64,000 nt of DNA. Source: Podarcis cretensis. Lineage: Eukaryota. The position numbers were made by a program, and so were the translations under genes. This document shows, piece by piece, positions 37,442-48,844 of this stretch (position 1 is the stretch's first letter; the number at the start of each line of letters is the position of its first letter). The DNA is taken from contig OX638161.1 in NCBI GenBank assembly GCA_951804945.1, positions 26,598,001 through 26,662,000 on the forward strand, read 5' to 3'. A model generated the notes under the pieces. That model worked only from the letters and a program-made list of their open reading frames with translations, had not been told where the DNA came from and ran no database searches.

Positions 37442-39022
37442 TACTTAACTGATTTCTTACCTACCCTTCACTGTAATGTCTCAGGGCAGGTTGCAGCAAT
37501 ATGAAATAATAATTATTAAAAGCAATTTAACAACAAATCACAGGAGTAGGCAGGATCCTATTGCAAAGATAAAAGTGGAAGGAGGGGGAGGATAACGTAC
37601 ACAATGTTGAGTTCCTGTGTAGAAAAGCAAAATGCAAATATGTAATGTCATTTGCAGCAGCCCCCTTGCTTTAATTGCAATGTTTCGTAGTCCTGACATG
37701 TACAGGAATATATAAATAAGGCTTCCAACCCTGATAAATTGCAACATGCAAAATAAAAATAAAAAATACTCTGAATATGCGCAGTTTCAAACTTTGGCGT
37801 TTGAATTATCGACTCTCAGCCTAGCCTACCTCACAAGGCTGTTGTGAAGCCTTCAGCTCCCGGGAGTGAAATCAATATCCAAATATAGAACAGGAAGGAA
37901 GATATACATGTGATTTCACAACTCTCCGCGAATCACATACACAAACCATTTAGTCATCCTTCACCAACAAAAAAGGATCCTTGTGCTAAAGTACATCCCG
38001 CAGAGATTTTATTTTTCTGCAGCTGCAAGGTGTTTGATTACTTATTTTCTCTTTTCTCTTTTTGCTTATGGTTACTGCATATGAATTAATAACAGCCCAG
38101 TCATGACAAGTGGGCCATTAGTGGCTGGGTGAAGGACATTGCATTAGTGACATTTTTCCTAAGTAGGGAAGAAACACCTGGCTTTTATTTCAAGAGAATT
38201 ACTTTTGAGTAAAACAAACCAAAGCCAGCAAATTCTGTTTATTCTGTAGAGGCAATACATTTTGGGAGTGAACGAAATAATATGGAAATGGGGGAAAGTG
38301 CTTAAGCACAGACACCCCCAGCGTCTTCCTCTGTCCAGCATTTGCCTAGCTGCAGTAGCCTCTGCTAGTTTTTCTGCTGCTCTTGGAGGGTCCCCCCTGA
38401 GTCCCAGGTGGGGATGGTCTGTATCTCTTGCTCTAATAGCTTAGCAACCACTGTTAAGTGTCCTTAATGACGCTGAAGCCTTAGAGCTGCCTCCACATTT
38501 TGTGCTCTAACTTTCTTCAGAGATCTCCAACTGACTTACTTTTTTAAAAAAAATGAAAGTTAAGAATATGGGTCCCCTGTTGGCCCATGGCCTGGTCCCC
38601 ATGTACCTTCTGTAACACCCCACCACCGCTGTTGTCCCTGGGTCAGATGTTGTGAATAACCCTCCATGACATTCACAATTCATTCCCTGCTACTATTCTC
38701 CATGACCGTCACTTACGGATCTTTTTAAAAAGGCAAGGAACTATCCCTCTAATATCAAACTTAGGTGGGTCCTGTGCTGATCAGCTTGCAAGCAAAACAA
38801 GACCATTAAAAAAGTAAGGCGGTTGTCGTTGTTTTGCATCCTTGGAAGGGTTCCTTAGGTTTGTGGAAGTATGTTTGTTAATTGAGTGAAATAGTTTAAA
38901 CAACCGGGGAAGGACTTGTGTTCATTAGCTTCCTGGACCTACAGAAAGTTGAGAGTATCAACTGAGAAAAGGAAGGTAAAGAAGGAAATTCTCTGTTTAC
39001 ACCCCAAAGCTATTGCAAGCTA

Positions 39023-39265
39023 CAGTGGTACCTCTGGTTAAGTACTTAATTCGTTCCGGAGGTCCGTACTTAACCTGAAACTGTTCTTAACCTGAAACAC
39101 CACTTTAGCTAATGAGGACTCCCGCTGCTGCTGCCCCACCGAAGCATGATTTGTGTTCTTATCCTGAAGCAAAGTTCTTAACCTGAAGCACTATTTCTGG
39201 GTTAGCGGAGTCTGTAACCTGAAGCGTATGTAACCTGAAGCGTCTGTAACCCGGAGGTACCACTG
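39023..39265. mobile_element. MITE, family A
   Basis: TIRs and TA flanks. Confidence 0.85.
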
Positions 39266-39395
39266 TACCCTCTAGTGAGTAGACTGAAAAGTCAAAACAG
39301 CTTACAGGAGAGCACAGCTGTCCTTGGTGGGGTTCAGCAACCCCTTTATTCTGATATCCTCACCACCCTGTTTGATTTCCTCTGCCATATGCTAG

Positions 39396-39524
39396 GTGCG
39401 CTCCCTTGAGGAATCTAACAGTCACCTAGAGAACAACATCCGGGAGATATACCTCAAGCGAGCATCAACGGAGGCTCCGGATCTGAGCCCTTATTTCAAC
39501 ACCATCACTGACCTGAAGTCTAAG
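39396..39524 (+). CDS. Type I keratin exon 2 (rest of coil 1A and linker L1)
   Basis: VRSLEESNSHLENNIREIYLKRASTEAPDLSPYFNTITDLKSK; acceptor gctag, donor gtacct; phase 0/0. Confidence 0.9.
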
Positions 39525-39839
39525 GTACCTGGATGATTGCCATTTCTTCTTCTTCCAAAGGGATATAGCTTAGTGGCAAGAGCATCTGTTTTGCATGGAG
39601 GAGTTCCTAGATTTAATCCCTGGCATCTCCAGGGATGTGCAAGATTTTCAGTTGCAAAACAAAACGATTTTGCCTACTGATGGGCTTATTCTTGCACTAA
39701 CAGAAGTCTGTCCGGGTGGTGGAAACTGACTTGTGCATGGTCAGTATCCGGGCTTGGTTCTTTGGTGGCCTGAAGATCCCCATACCAAGATCTAAGATAG
39801 CATTATGGAGACTAACCGACCTCTTTCATCCCTCTGCAG

Positions 39840-39922
39840 ATCCAGCAGGAGACCTTGAACAATGCTGGGCTGCTCTTACAGATCGATAATGCCAAACTCG
39901 CTGCTGATGATTTCAGAGTGAA
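39840..39922 (+). CDS. Type I keratin exon 3
   Basis: [28 protein letters not shown]; the canonical 83-nt type I exon. Confidence 0.95.
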
Positions 39923-40268
39923 GTAAGGACTCTTCATCCTAGCTGCCTCTTTCTGTCCATCATGCATATACAGTAATAGCCAAGGCAACACGATGACCAA
40001 ATAAAATGATACAATATCAATATACACTCTTTATATAATATGAAATATATGAAATCACATAAACAGAAAACTTGCGAATCTCTGAAAGCCACAGAATATG
40101 CACTCTTAATGGATTCTCTTGAAAACATAAAACCAAATAAATGTAAGTCTTCTAAGTCTCTGAAAGTCTTTGTAGACTATGCAAGTCTCTGAAAGAAGCA
40201 ATGTAACATAACTTTATGACCACTGCTCCATAGCAATTGTTGTTATACTTTTTCCCCTTCACCATATA

Positions 40269-40494
40269 CAGTGGTACCTCAGGTTAAGAACTTAATTCGT
40301 TCTGGAGGTCTGTTCTTAACCTGAAACTGTTCTTAACCTGAGGTACCACTTTAGCTAATGGGGCCTCCTGCTGCTGCCGCACCGCTGGAGCACGATTTCT
40401 GTTCTCATCCTGAAGCAAAGTTCTTAACCTGAGGTACTATTTCTGGGTTAGCGGAGTCTGTAACCTGAAGCGTATGTAACCCGAGGTACCACTG
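40269..40494. mobile_element. MITE, family A, nested in the inverted-repeat element
   Basis: TIRs and TA flanks. Confidence 0.87.
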
Positions 40495-40530
40495 TAGATG
40501 GGTTTTTGAAGCATTTCTGTATCCTTCTGC

Positions 40531-40585
40531 TGTGCTGAAGAAGAATTCCACGAAACAGTGGGTATATCCGGAATCACTGTTCACA
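40531..40585 (+). ncRNA. Type I hammerhead-ribozyme-like motif (minimal, possibly degenerate)
   Basis: TGTG-CTGAAGA-AGAATTCCAC-GAAA-CAGTG(loop)CACTG-TT-CACA: core boxes plus paired stems I and III. Confidence 0.55.
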
Positions 40586-41645
40586 ACGTCCATTTGCGAA
40601 CTACTTCGGCTGCGTTGGACACCATAAACAAAGCTTTTCAGCCTGTTTTCACCAGATAAGAATATGTTACATTGCTTCTTTCAGAGACTTGCATAGTCTT
40701 CAAAGACTTAAAGAGACTTATAAGACTTAGGTTTATTTGGTTTTATGTTTTCAAGAGAATCCATTAAGAGTGCATATTTTGTGACTTTCAGAGATCCGTA
40801 AGTTTTCTGTTTATGTGATTTCATGTATTTCATATTATAGAAAGAGTGTATATTGATATTGTATCATTGTATTTGGTCATCGTGTTGCCTTGGCTATTAC
40901 TGACTATTGTTTGCAACACAGGGGTTAAATTGTTTGGTTACAATTGGGGTGCCTTGAATGATGGTCAGGGGTGCTGCAGGCAACAATGGCCTCTGTCCCT
41001 CTTTCCTTCCCTCCCTCCTCTGATGCCCTCTTGCGTCTCTGTCTCCCAAAGGCTTGCACAGCTGTTGGTTGCAGCAGCCCTGGTTACAAGCTCCAAAGGT
41101 CAGGGAGTATGGTCAGGGAGTAGAAATAAAATAAAAAATGAAACAAATTGGCTGCACTGTTTACCCCACATCCCCGTAGGGTCAACCACCCAGCTGATGA
41201 CATGTGTCGGCCCTGGGCCTTGGAAGATGGGAAGGATCTGCTGCCATAAAGGCTACACAGAGGCACAAATTAAAAAGAGGTTTTCCTTCTTAGAATTTTC
41301 CTTATTCTATAGCAATTTATCCAGCTTAATAAAAACTTCAAGATGCTGAAAAGTCACCATCGGGGGAAAAAAGAAAGATGATCCACCTTGCTGTTGGTTA
41401 AGGCTGAACAGCAGATTTAGGGCCCCTCCAGATCTAGGGATTTAGGGAGGTTGTCTGGTTACTTATCACCTTGGCTCAGGGGTCGCATAACTCCATCCCC
41501 TCCAGAATTTCTCCAATGGAAATAGGGACGTCCTAAGGAAAAGCGGGACATTCCAGGATCAAATCAGAAACTGGGACGGTTTCTGAAAATCTGGGACTGT
41601 CCCTGGAAAATAGGGACACTTGGAGGTTCTGAGATTAGGGGCTCT

Positions 41646-41690
41646 CAACAACAACAACAACAACAACAACAACAAAAACAACAACAACAA
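41646..41690 (+). repeat. (AAC)n microsatellite
   Basis: Seen directly. Confidence 0.9.
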
Positions 41691-41872
41691 CTTATTAATA
41701 CCCCGCCCATCTGGCTGGATTTCCCCAGCCACTCTGGGCAGCTTCCAACAAAATATTAAAAAGAGACAGCACAACCAGAACCTCAAGCATTGTCCCAGCA
41801 CACCCTCAGTTATGTGGTTTTTCAGAGCCTTGGCTGGAAAAATGCTGCACAGCCCCTATTTGCCCACTTCAG

Positions 41873-42029
41873 GTTGGAAACGGAGGCGGCCATACGGCAG
41901 TCCGTGGAGGGGGACTTCGGTGGGCTGCGCAAGGCACTGGAGGAACTCAACACCAGCCGGGCTACCTTGCAGGTGCAAGTGGACAACCTCCAAGAGGAAC
42001 TGGCCTACCTCAAGAGGAACCACAAGGAG
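41873..42029 (+). CDS. Type I keratin exon 4
   Basis: [14 protein letters not shown]...[14 protein letters not shown]; the canonical 157-nt exon. Confidence 0.95.
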
Positions 42030-42198
42030 GTGAGAGCTGGGTGGGCGTAGGGACTCAGGAACAGCAGGGCCTGCACACGAGCGGCGGGAAGCTTTTCAAC
42101 CATTCTGAGAGCCGCATGCCAGCTGTGGTTGAAGCCAGAGGCAACAGTGGAGAAAGCAATGGACGCAGATTTCACCTTTGCTCCCACCGAGTCTCTGC

Positions 42199-42261
<63 letters not shown>

Positions 42262-42262
42262 T
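42199..42262 (+). repeat. (TTTC)n microsatellite
   Basis: Seen directly. Confidence 0.9.
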
Positions 42263-42847
42263 ATTTTCTATACCGCTTTATATTTTCAAGAAAAATCTCA
42301 AAGCAGTTTACAGCATATTAAAAGATCAATAAAACAACCCGAAGAAAGTCAAATATAGAGTATACAGTCGAAACAACATAATTAACAGAAGACTAGAATG
42401 TTATCTTAAAGATTTCAAAATAAAACATTACAAAAGGAGGTCAACTACAGAATACGTATTTAGCACAAACAAAGTTAACACAAAAAACTTAAACATTTCA
42501 AAAAACACACACAACGACATTGCTAAGTGAAGCCAAATATAAACTGCACATTTAAAACAGCATACTTAACAAGAGAATAAAATATTATCATAAGCAAGAC
42601 ACGGCTGTTTGGCAGGCACAAAAAGATGGGGCAAAAGAATCCATTAGTTAGGCTTTGTTGTCAGGCATGGCAACGTCCCTCTGGTCTCACCAGGGGCCTC
42701 TTTGGTAGAGCTGGTGAGTGTGGGCCTCGCCCCCTCGGCCAGGGGGAAAGGGCCTTGCAGGGAGCGGCCTTCAAGACCCACAGCCCTTCCTGGCTTCTGG
42801 CTGGTTCCCCACGGATGCGCCTACTCGCCTCTCTTCTCGCCCCACAG

Positions 42848-43009
42848 GAGGTGACCTCTCTCCAGGGGAGGCTGGGGGGCACCGTCAACGTGGAAGTGGA
42901 CTCCATGCCTGGTGCCGACCTGCAGAAAGTGCTGGCTGAGATCCGAGACCAGTATGAGGACGTCACGGAGAAGAACCGCCGGGAAGCCGAGGCGTTGCAC
43001 AAGTCCCAG
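42848..43009 (+). CDS. Type I keratin exon 5
   Basis: EVTSLQGRLGGTVNVEVDSMPGADLQKVLAEIRDQYE...NRREAEALHKSQ; the canonical 162-nt exon. Confidence 0.95.
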
Positions 43010-43219
43010 GTTAGGCGAGGCTCAGCGAGGAGAGATGGTCAAATGGCTCAGGGGCCAAAGGTGGCGGAGGTGGCGGCTTGCTGATGGTATGGATTTGCAC
43101 GCAAATATTCAGCCTATGCCAACCTGGTGCCCTCTGGATGTTGCTGAGCAACAGCTCCTATCATCCTTGACTATTGGCCAAGGAAGGCATGGGTTTAGCA
43201 TCCTTTTTAAGGAAGTGTT

Positions 43220-43580
43220 GGGACGTGGGTGGCGCTGTGGGTTAAACCACAGAGCCTAGGACTTGCCAATCAGAAGGTTGGCGGTTCGAATCCCCTCAAC
43301 GGGGTGAGCTCCCGTTGCTTGGTCCCTGCTCCTGCCAACCTAGCAGTTCGAAAGCACGTCAAAGTGCAAATAGATAAATAGGTACCACTCTGGTGGGAAG
43401 GTAAATGGCGTTTCCGTGTGCTGCTCCGGTTCGCCAGAAGCGGCTTAGTCATGCTGGCCACATGACCCAGAAGATGTATGCCGGCTCCCTCGGCCAATAA
43501 AGCGAGATGAGTGCTGCAACCCCAGAGTCGGCCATGACTGGACTTAATGGTCAGGGGTCCCTTTACCTTTTACCGTTACC
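43220..43580 (+). mobile_element. Sauria SINE in keratin intron 5
   Basis: TSD TTAAGGAAGTGT; (ACCTTT)-type tail. Confidence 0.9.
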
Positions 43581-44332
43581 TTAAGGAAGTGTAGTTCTGT
43601 TCCAAAACAACACGGCATACTTTTCCCTTCCAGAAATCTAGCTGGCAAGAACATCTTATTTTCTTTCTGTGCAGCTTTTAGGGATGAAGTTCAGAGTGGG
43701 CTTTACTGGCAGGAATGGCAAGACCTCGTGATTCCATGACCTTCAGATCTGATTCAGGATCTGTTTCCATTTCTGGAAGACAGAGTAGCAACCTCATGTG
43801 CTGAAGTCTGCTCCAGCTCCAGCTCCAGCTCCAGCTCCAGCTTCCTTTTCTGTGCTTTGACATTTACATATTCGAATGCTGAGCATTCCCCCTCCTTCCT
43901 ACGCCTCCCAAAGTTTCTGGTCCTTATTGAGTTGAAGCTTAAGAATGTTTGGGCAGTGCCCTCTGTTTTGCAAAATCTCAGATGCTGAAGGAAGGAAGGG
44001 CAGACAGAGTTGGTGCATAACATAAGTTTAAGTGCTGTGCATTTGGTTTCCTGCATTGTTCCCTGGGAGCAAAATTAAGAACATCAATACAGAGAAAGAA
44101 ACACATACAAATGCATTTAATTTGCATTGTCTACTGTATTTAGTCCCAGGAAGCTTGGGGAGATGGGTTGGCTTGGAATGCTGAATTACTCTGCCATTTT
44201 TTAAAAATACGCTGAATTAACATTGATGCAGAATTTTGATTTGATTAAAAACAACACCATCCGTCCAGCTGTCCGGCTGGAAGAGGATGCGGGGAGGTCG
44301 CACCAGAAACGAGGACTTCTTCTGTCTTGCAG

Positions 44333-44458
44333 ATGGATGCACTCAACCAGGAGGTTGCTGTCAGCCACGAAGCTCTGCAGGCAGCTCAGCAGAAGATCAC
44401 GGAGCTCAGACGCCTGGCTCAGGCCTTGGAGATTGAGCTGCAGTCTCTCCGCAGCATG
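44333..44458 (+). CDS. Type I keratin exon 6
   Basis: MDALNQEV...ITELRRLAQALEIELQSLRSM; the canonical 126-nt exon. Confidence 0.95.
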
Positions 44459-45580
44459 GTCAGTACCAGCCACTTCCCCATGCTGCCAAGAGGCTGCGCA
44501 TCAGAAAGCATCGCCAGAGTGATGTGGATTCCGTGGTTGCTTATGTTTGCCAACGATTTCGGAAATCTCTGTTTTCGCTTCCTCTTTTTTTTAACTAACG
44601 CAAAATCAAGTTATGGCCCTTAAGTCTGCTACCACAGCCTCAACTGTCTATGTGCAATTTGGGTGTGTGAATGTGTGCATGTGTGCATTGAACAGAGTTC
44701 CCAGTTAGGAGAGAGAGAGAGAGAGACAGAACTCCAGCACACTGCATATCTCTTAGTCTGTGTCAGGCTTGAGGAATCCTCTCCCTCCACGCTGATGGCA
44801 CCAAGAGGCAGGGAGGAAACAAGAAAGTTCTTACGTATGATTTATTCAGTCATCACTCTAAAGACAAATAATTCCAGTCATTCCTCCATAATGGAGTTGC
44901 TCACACTGAGCTCCTTCCCTTTCCCCCTCTAGCAACAACACCTGCTTCTATGGTGTCCATCCGTGGACAATTGTCTCTCACTCTTTGTTCTTGCACCCTT
45001 CATGAACTCTAGGTGTTTTTTTTTGGGGGGGGGGGTCAGTTATGTTGTCCAGAGACGTGTCAGTTAGCTGCTCTGTCTCCTCTCCACCTTCTCCTAACTC
45101 TGCATAACTCTGCTGTTCACCTATCTCTGAGCTGTTATCTCCCTCCAAGCCCTCTTGTAAATCAAGACTGCCTTCCTTCTCTCTGGAAGCTACAGGAGAA
45201 GGGGATGAGGAGACCCCTCACCATTCCTCCTCTTCAGCCCAGTCCCTGACAGCCTGCCCCCCATGGCTAGGGAACACATAATTTAATTCACACAATGTAT
45301 ATGGGTCCCAGAAGGTGCCTTGGCCCAGAATTTAGGCAACTTTGAGGAAGTGATTTGGTTTCAGAGAAGGAGAGTCCTCCATCACATGTTCCCCTGTAAG
45401 CATGGTGGGAGTGAGCAACCATTCATGTGTCCCTACAGCTTTGGACACCAGAGATCGGTTGGAGTTCTGTGGTGCTCTCAAGCCCTGAGTGCCTTGCAGG
45501 AAAGACAGAATATATAATAGAGACAACAAAAGGCCATCTGCTTGGGACTTTCACAAAGCAACTTCCTTCTTTGTTTCCAG

Positions 45581-45789
45581 AAAGTGGCCCTGGAAGGTTC
45601 CCTGGCTGAGACTGAATCCCGTTATGGGATAGAGATCTCGCGCCTGCGTGATCTCGTGAGCGCCAGGGAGGCTGAGCTGTTCCAGCTCAGATCTGATGCC
45701 CAGAACCAAGCGGAGGACTACAAGCGACTGATGGACATCAAGAACAGGCTGGAGCAGGAGATTGCTACCTATCGGCACCTCCTTGAAGG
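45581..45789 (+). CDS. Type I keratin exon 7 (end of coil 2B)
   Basis: KVALEGSLAETESRY...LMDIKNRLEQEIATYRHLLEG (helix-termination motif); phase-2 donor gtatga. Confidence 0.93.
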
Positions 45790-46065
45790 GTATGAGGATA
45801 TGAGGGTGGGGAACACAAACAAGGGTCCGTCTCCCAGGACCTGCTGGTCACCATTCCTTCTATTTCCGAAGTTCAGGGGTGAGGGTGGATTTTTATGTCA
45901 CCAAAACAGGAGCCCCCCCCCACGCAAGAGGGAGGTAGCAGCAGGTTCAGGGGAACTCCTGGGTTGGAAGAAGTGCAAAAGATCTTTAGGGGAAACTAGC
46001 CTTAAGGTGATTCCAAGCCTTTGGGATCTTTTAACTGACCCAGTGTTCTTTTCTGCTCCCTTTAG

Positions 46066-46094
46066 GTCAGAGCCTGAGCCACCGCCTACCCCAG
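46066..46094 (+). CDS. Type I keratin exon 8 (29-nt tail micro-exon, SEPEPPPTP)
   Basis: Polypyrimidine tract plus tttag acceptor and CAG|gtaagc donor; needed to reconcile phase 2 of exon 7 with phase 1 of exon 9. Confidence 0.82.
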
Positions 46095-47109
46095 GTAAGC
46101 AGAAAAACTTGGCTTTTAGGGCTGCCCATTAGGAAAACCTGCATATCTTTGCATACATAGAAACTGCAAACCAGGACTTCATATCTTTCACAAATGAATT
46201 CAGCGGGACTTACTCCTATTTAAACGGGGCTAGGAATGCAGCCCTAGTCTTTGGTCTGGAGTAAAACACACGGCACACCTAAAGCCCATTGATGAAATCA
46301 GTGTATGGTGATTTCCCTGCACAATATAAATAAATCGGCCTGGAATGAATCAGATCATAGTAGTCAGTGTTTTTGCAACACTGTCTGTCCACCAGGGGGC
46401 AGCGTGTCCCCACTCCAAATAGGATGGCAGTGCAATCTCTACCAACCTGGTCTTGCCTATGAGCATCATATGAGCATCATACCTGGAAGATGCGGGAAGA
46501 CCATGTTATACAGCCAACCTTAAAAGGCAGCCGTTTCCTTCTGCCAGCCCCTTGCAGTTACACAGTCTAGGACACAAGCTGAGATCAGGAGTACGGCAGC
46601 ACAACGGCTTGAGCAAGGGAGTCAAGCCACATGTCTGTGGAACGAGAAGAGAAAAACAACAACAAGCCATTAGGCATTGTCTAAGCAGTTTGTCCTGGGG
46701 TTGTGTGTGTGTGTGTTGGGGGGTGGGGAATCTTTCCAGACTCTAAAGACAGCCTGACTTGGAACATGAGCCAAAGGGACAGGTCTCTCAATAGCTTCAG
46801 TGCACACACTTCTCTGGATTTTGCATCACAGTTCTCCAGCCAAGCGATGTGTCAGAAGACGCATCTGCCAGGGTGACGCATGGACAGAAATGCACACTGC
46901 AGTGGAAATAGCACACGCCGATGCACTGATCAGAGGAAACCACTTTGCAATAAATAAATAAATTTGTGCATTAGCCAAAATTGCATACAAATGTGCAGAT
47001 GACTGGAGGAATTCACACTAAAATGCTGATGAGTTTTCATGAGGACTCAAAAAAGAAAAGAAAAATATTCCCCTGCAATTTGACATGGCAATGTGAACAA
47101 CAACAACAA

Positions 47110-47545
47110 CTCATTATTTATACCCTGCCCATCTGACTGGGTTTCTCCAGCCACTCTAGGCAGCTCCCAACAGAATATTTAAAACATGATAAAACATCAA
47201 ACATTAAAAACTTCCCTAAAGAGAGCTGCCTTCAGATGTCTTCTAAAAGTCAGATAGTTGTTTATTTCTTTGATATCTGATGGGAGGGCGTTCCACAGGG
47301 CGGGCGCCACTACTGAGAAGGCTCTCTGCCTGGTTCCCTGTAAACTCACATCTCGCAGTGAGGGAACCACCAGAAGGCCCTTGGTGTTGGACCTCTGTGT
47401 CTGGGCTGAACGATGGGGATGGAGACGCTCCTTCAGGTATACCGGGCCGAGGCCATTTAGGGCTTTGAAGGTCAGCGCCAACACTTTGAATTGTGCCCGG
47501 AAATGTACTGGGAGCCAATGTAGGTCTTTCAGAACTAGACTTAAG
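47110..47545 (-). mobile_element. L2-clade LINE 3' fragment in keratin intron 8
   Basis: Same family as 8520-8940 (FKALNGLGPVYLKERLHP...LWNALP). Confidence 0.85.
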
Positions 47546-47595
47546 GCTGAAAAAATTAGAAAAACTTAACTTGGCTGTTCTTTCCATCCTTACAG

Positions 47596-47693
47596 AGCCC
47601 TGCTCGAGCCGCCGGGTGAAGACTCTCATTGAAGAGCTGGTGGATGGCAAAGTGGTCTCTTCCCGGGTGGAGGAGGTGGAGCACCAGCTCTGA
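47596..47693 (+). CDS. Type I keratin exon 9 (tail)
   Basis: EPCSSRRVKTLIEELVDGKVVSSRVEEVEHQL*; contains the type I tail motif DGKVVS. Confidence 0.92.
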
Positions 47694-47822
47694 ACGAGGC
47701 TGGCTTGGCCACAGAAAGGGCTGGCAGAAGACAGGTGATGGTGGCGGGTGGTGCTGGGGCCACGATTCTGCATGACTTTTCCTGCCGAGCTGATTATATA
47801 CATGCCCAGACTTCTGTCTTCA

Positions 47823-47828
47823 AATAAA
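47823..47828 (+). terminator. Keratin poly(A) signal AATAAA
   Basis: 130 nt after the stop, followed by GT-rich sequence. Confidence 0.75.
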
Positions 47829-47939
47829 ACAAGTCTTTCACTTCTGCTGAAGGACCTGCTTTGCTGTGGTTTCTGAGATGGGGTTTGGGGGAGGACCTTC
47901 AAGTCAACATGTCACATTTTCTCCTTTACCTGCACAGTC

Positions 47940-48215
47940 AGTGTGGTGTAGTGGTTAAGAGTGGTATACTTGTAATCTGGTGAACCGGGTTCACTTCCCC
48001 GCTCCTCCACATGCAGCTGCTGGGTGACCTTGGGCCAGTCACGCTTCTTTGAAGTCTCTCAGCCCCACTCAACTCAAAGAGTGTTTGTTGTGGGAGAGGA
48101 AGCGAAAGGAGATTGTTAGCCACTTTGAGACTCCCTAGGGTAGTGATAAAGCGGGATATCAAATCCAAACTCCTCCTCCTCCTCCTCCTCTTCCTCCTCC
48201 TCTTCTTCTTCTTCC
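47940..48215 (+). mobile_element. tRNA-derived SINE with (CCT/CTT)n tail
   Basis: TGGTGTAGTGGTTAAGAG A box and GGTTCAC B box; second copy at 63470-63722. Confidence 0.8.
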
Positions 48216-48844
48216 TGGGTCACTCTCTGGCCCTTTTGACTTCCCAGCTCTCTGGTCCTGTCTCCTCCATTATATTCCACTGCTATGTTTTTATCTGGGG
48301 GTTGGGGACTGAGCCTTGATGATGGAGCACATGGTCTTTGCAGAGGTTCAATTCCTGACATCTCCAGGTAGGGAGGTGGGAGGGGCTTCTGACTTGAAAC
48401 CCTGCTATCAGTCCGTGTTGACAATACTGAGCTCAATAGGCCACAGGCCTGACTTGGAATGAGGCACCTTCTGGTGTTTTCCACCTGACTACCTTTCTTC
48501 CATCAACATCAGAGGGGAAGGACTGTAGGTCCATTGTCGGGCATCTACTTTGCACCCAGAATGTCCCGGGTTCAATTCCTGACATTTCCAGGTTGGGCTG
48601 GGAGAGACTCCTGCCAGAAGCTGCTGCCAATCAGTGTAAACAATGCTGGGCTGGATGAACTAATGGTCTGACAGGTTTCTATATTCCCTGGGCAAAAATA
48701 ATGTTTGGACTCCACCTCCCATCATCTCTGAGCATTGGTGACGCTGTCTGGGGCTAGTAGGAGTCCAACAATCAGGAGAGAACACCAGACTTGCTGGTCC
48801 TATTCCATGTGGTAACTTGCTTTAAAATCTGATTTAGAGATCGT

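Larger units (their letters stand above)
39971..40902. mobile_element. Element with 240-bp inverted repeats (39971-40210 and 40663-40902); probably a Penelope-like retroelement remnant
   Basis: The arms are reverse complements with scattered mismatches; the interior holds a hammerhead-like motif and a nested MITE. Confidence 0.65.

Noticed and set aside
47025-47060. CTGATGAGTTTTCATGAGGAC, superficially a hammerhead core and stem II
   Set aside because: No GAAA box in place and no stems I or III; appears to be part of a dispersed repeat.
47243-47902. 219-aa minus-strand ORF
   Set aside because: Chimera of antisense keratin exon 9 and an L2 fragment.
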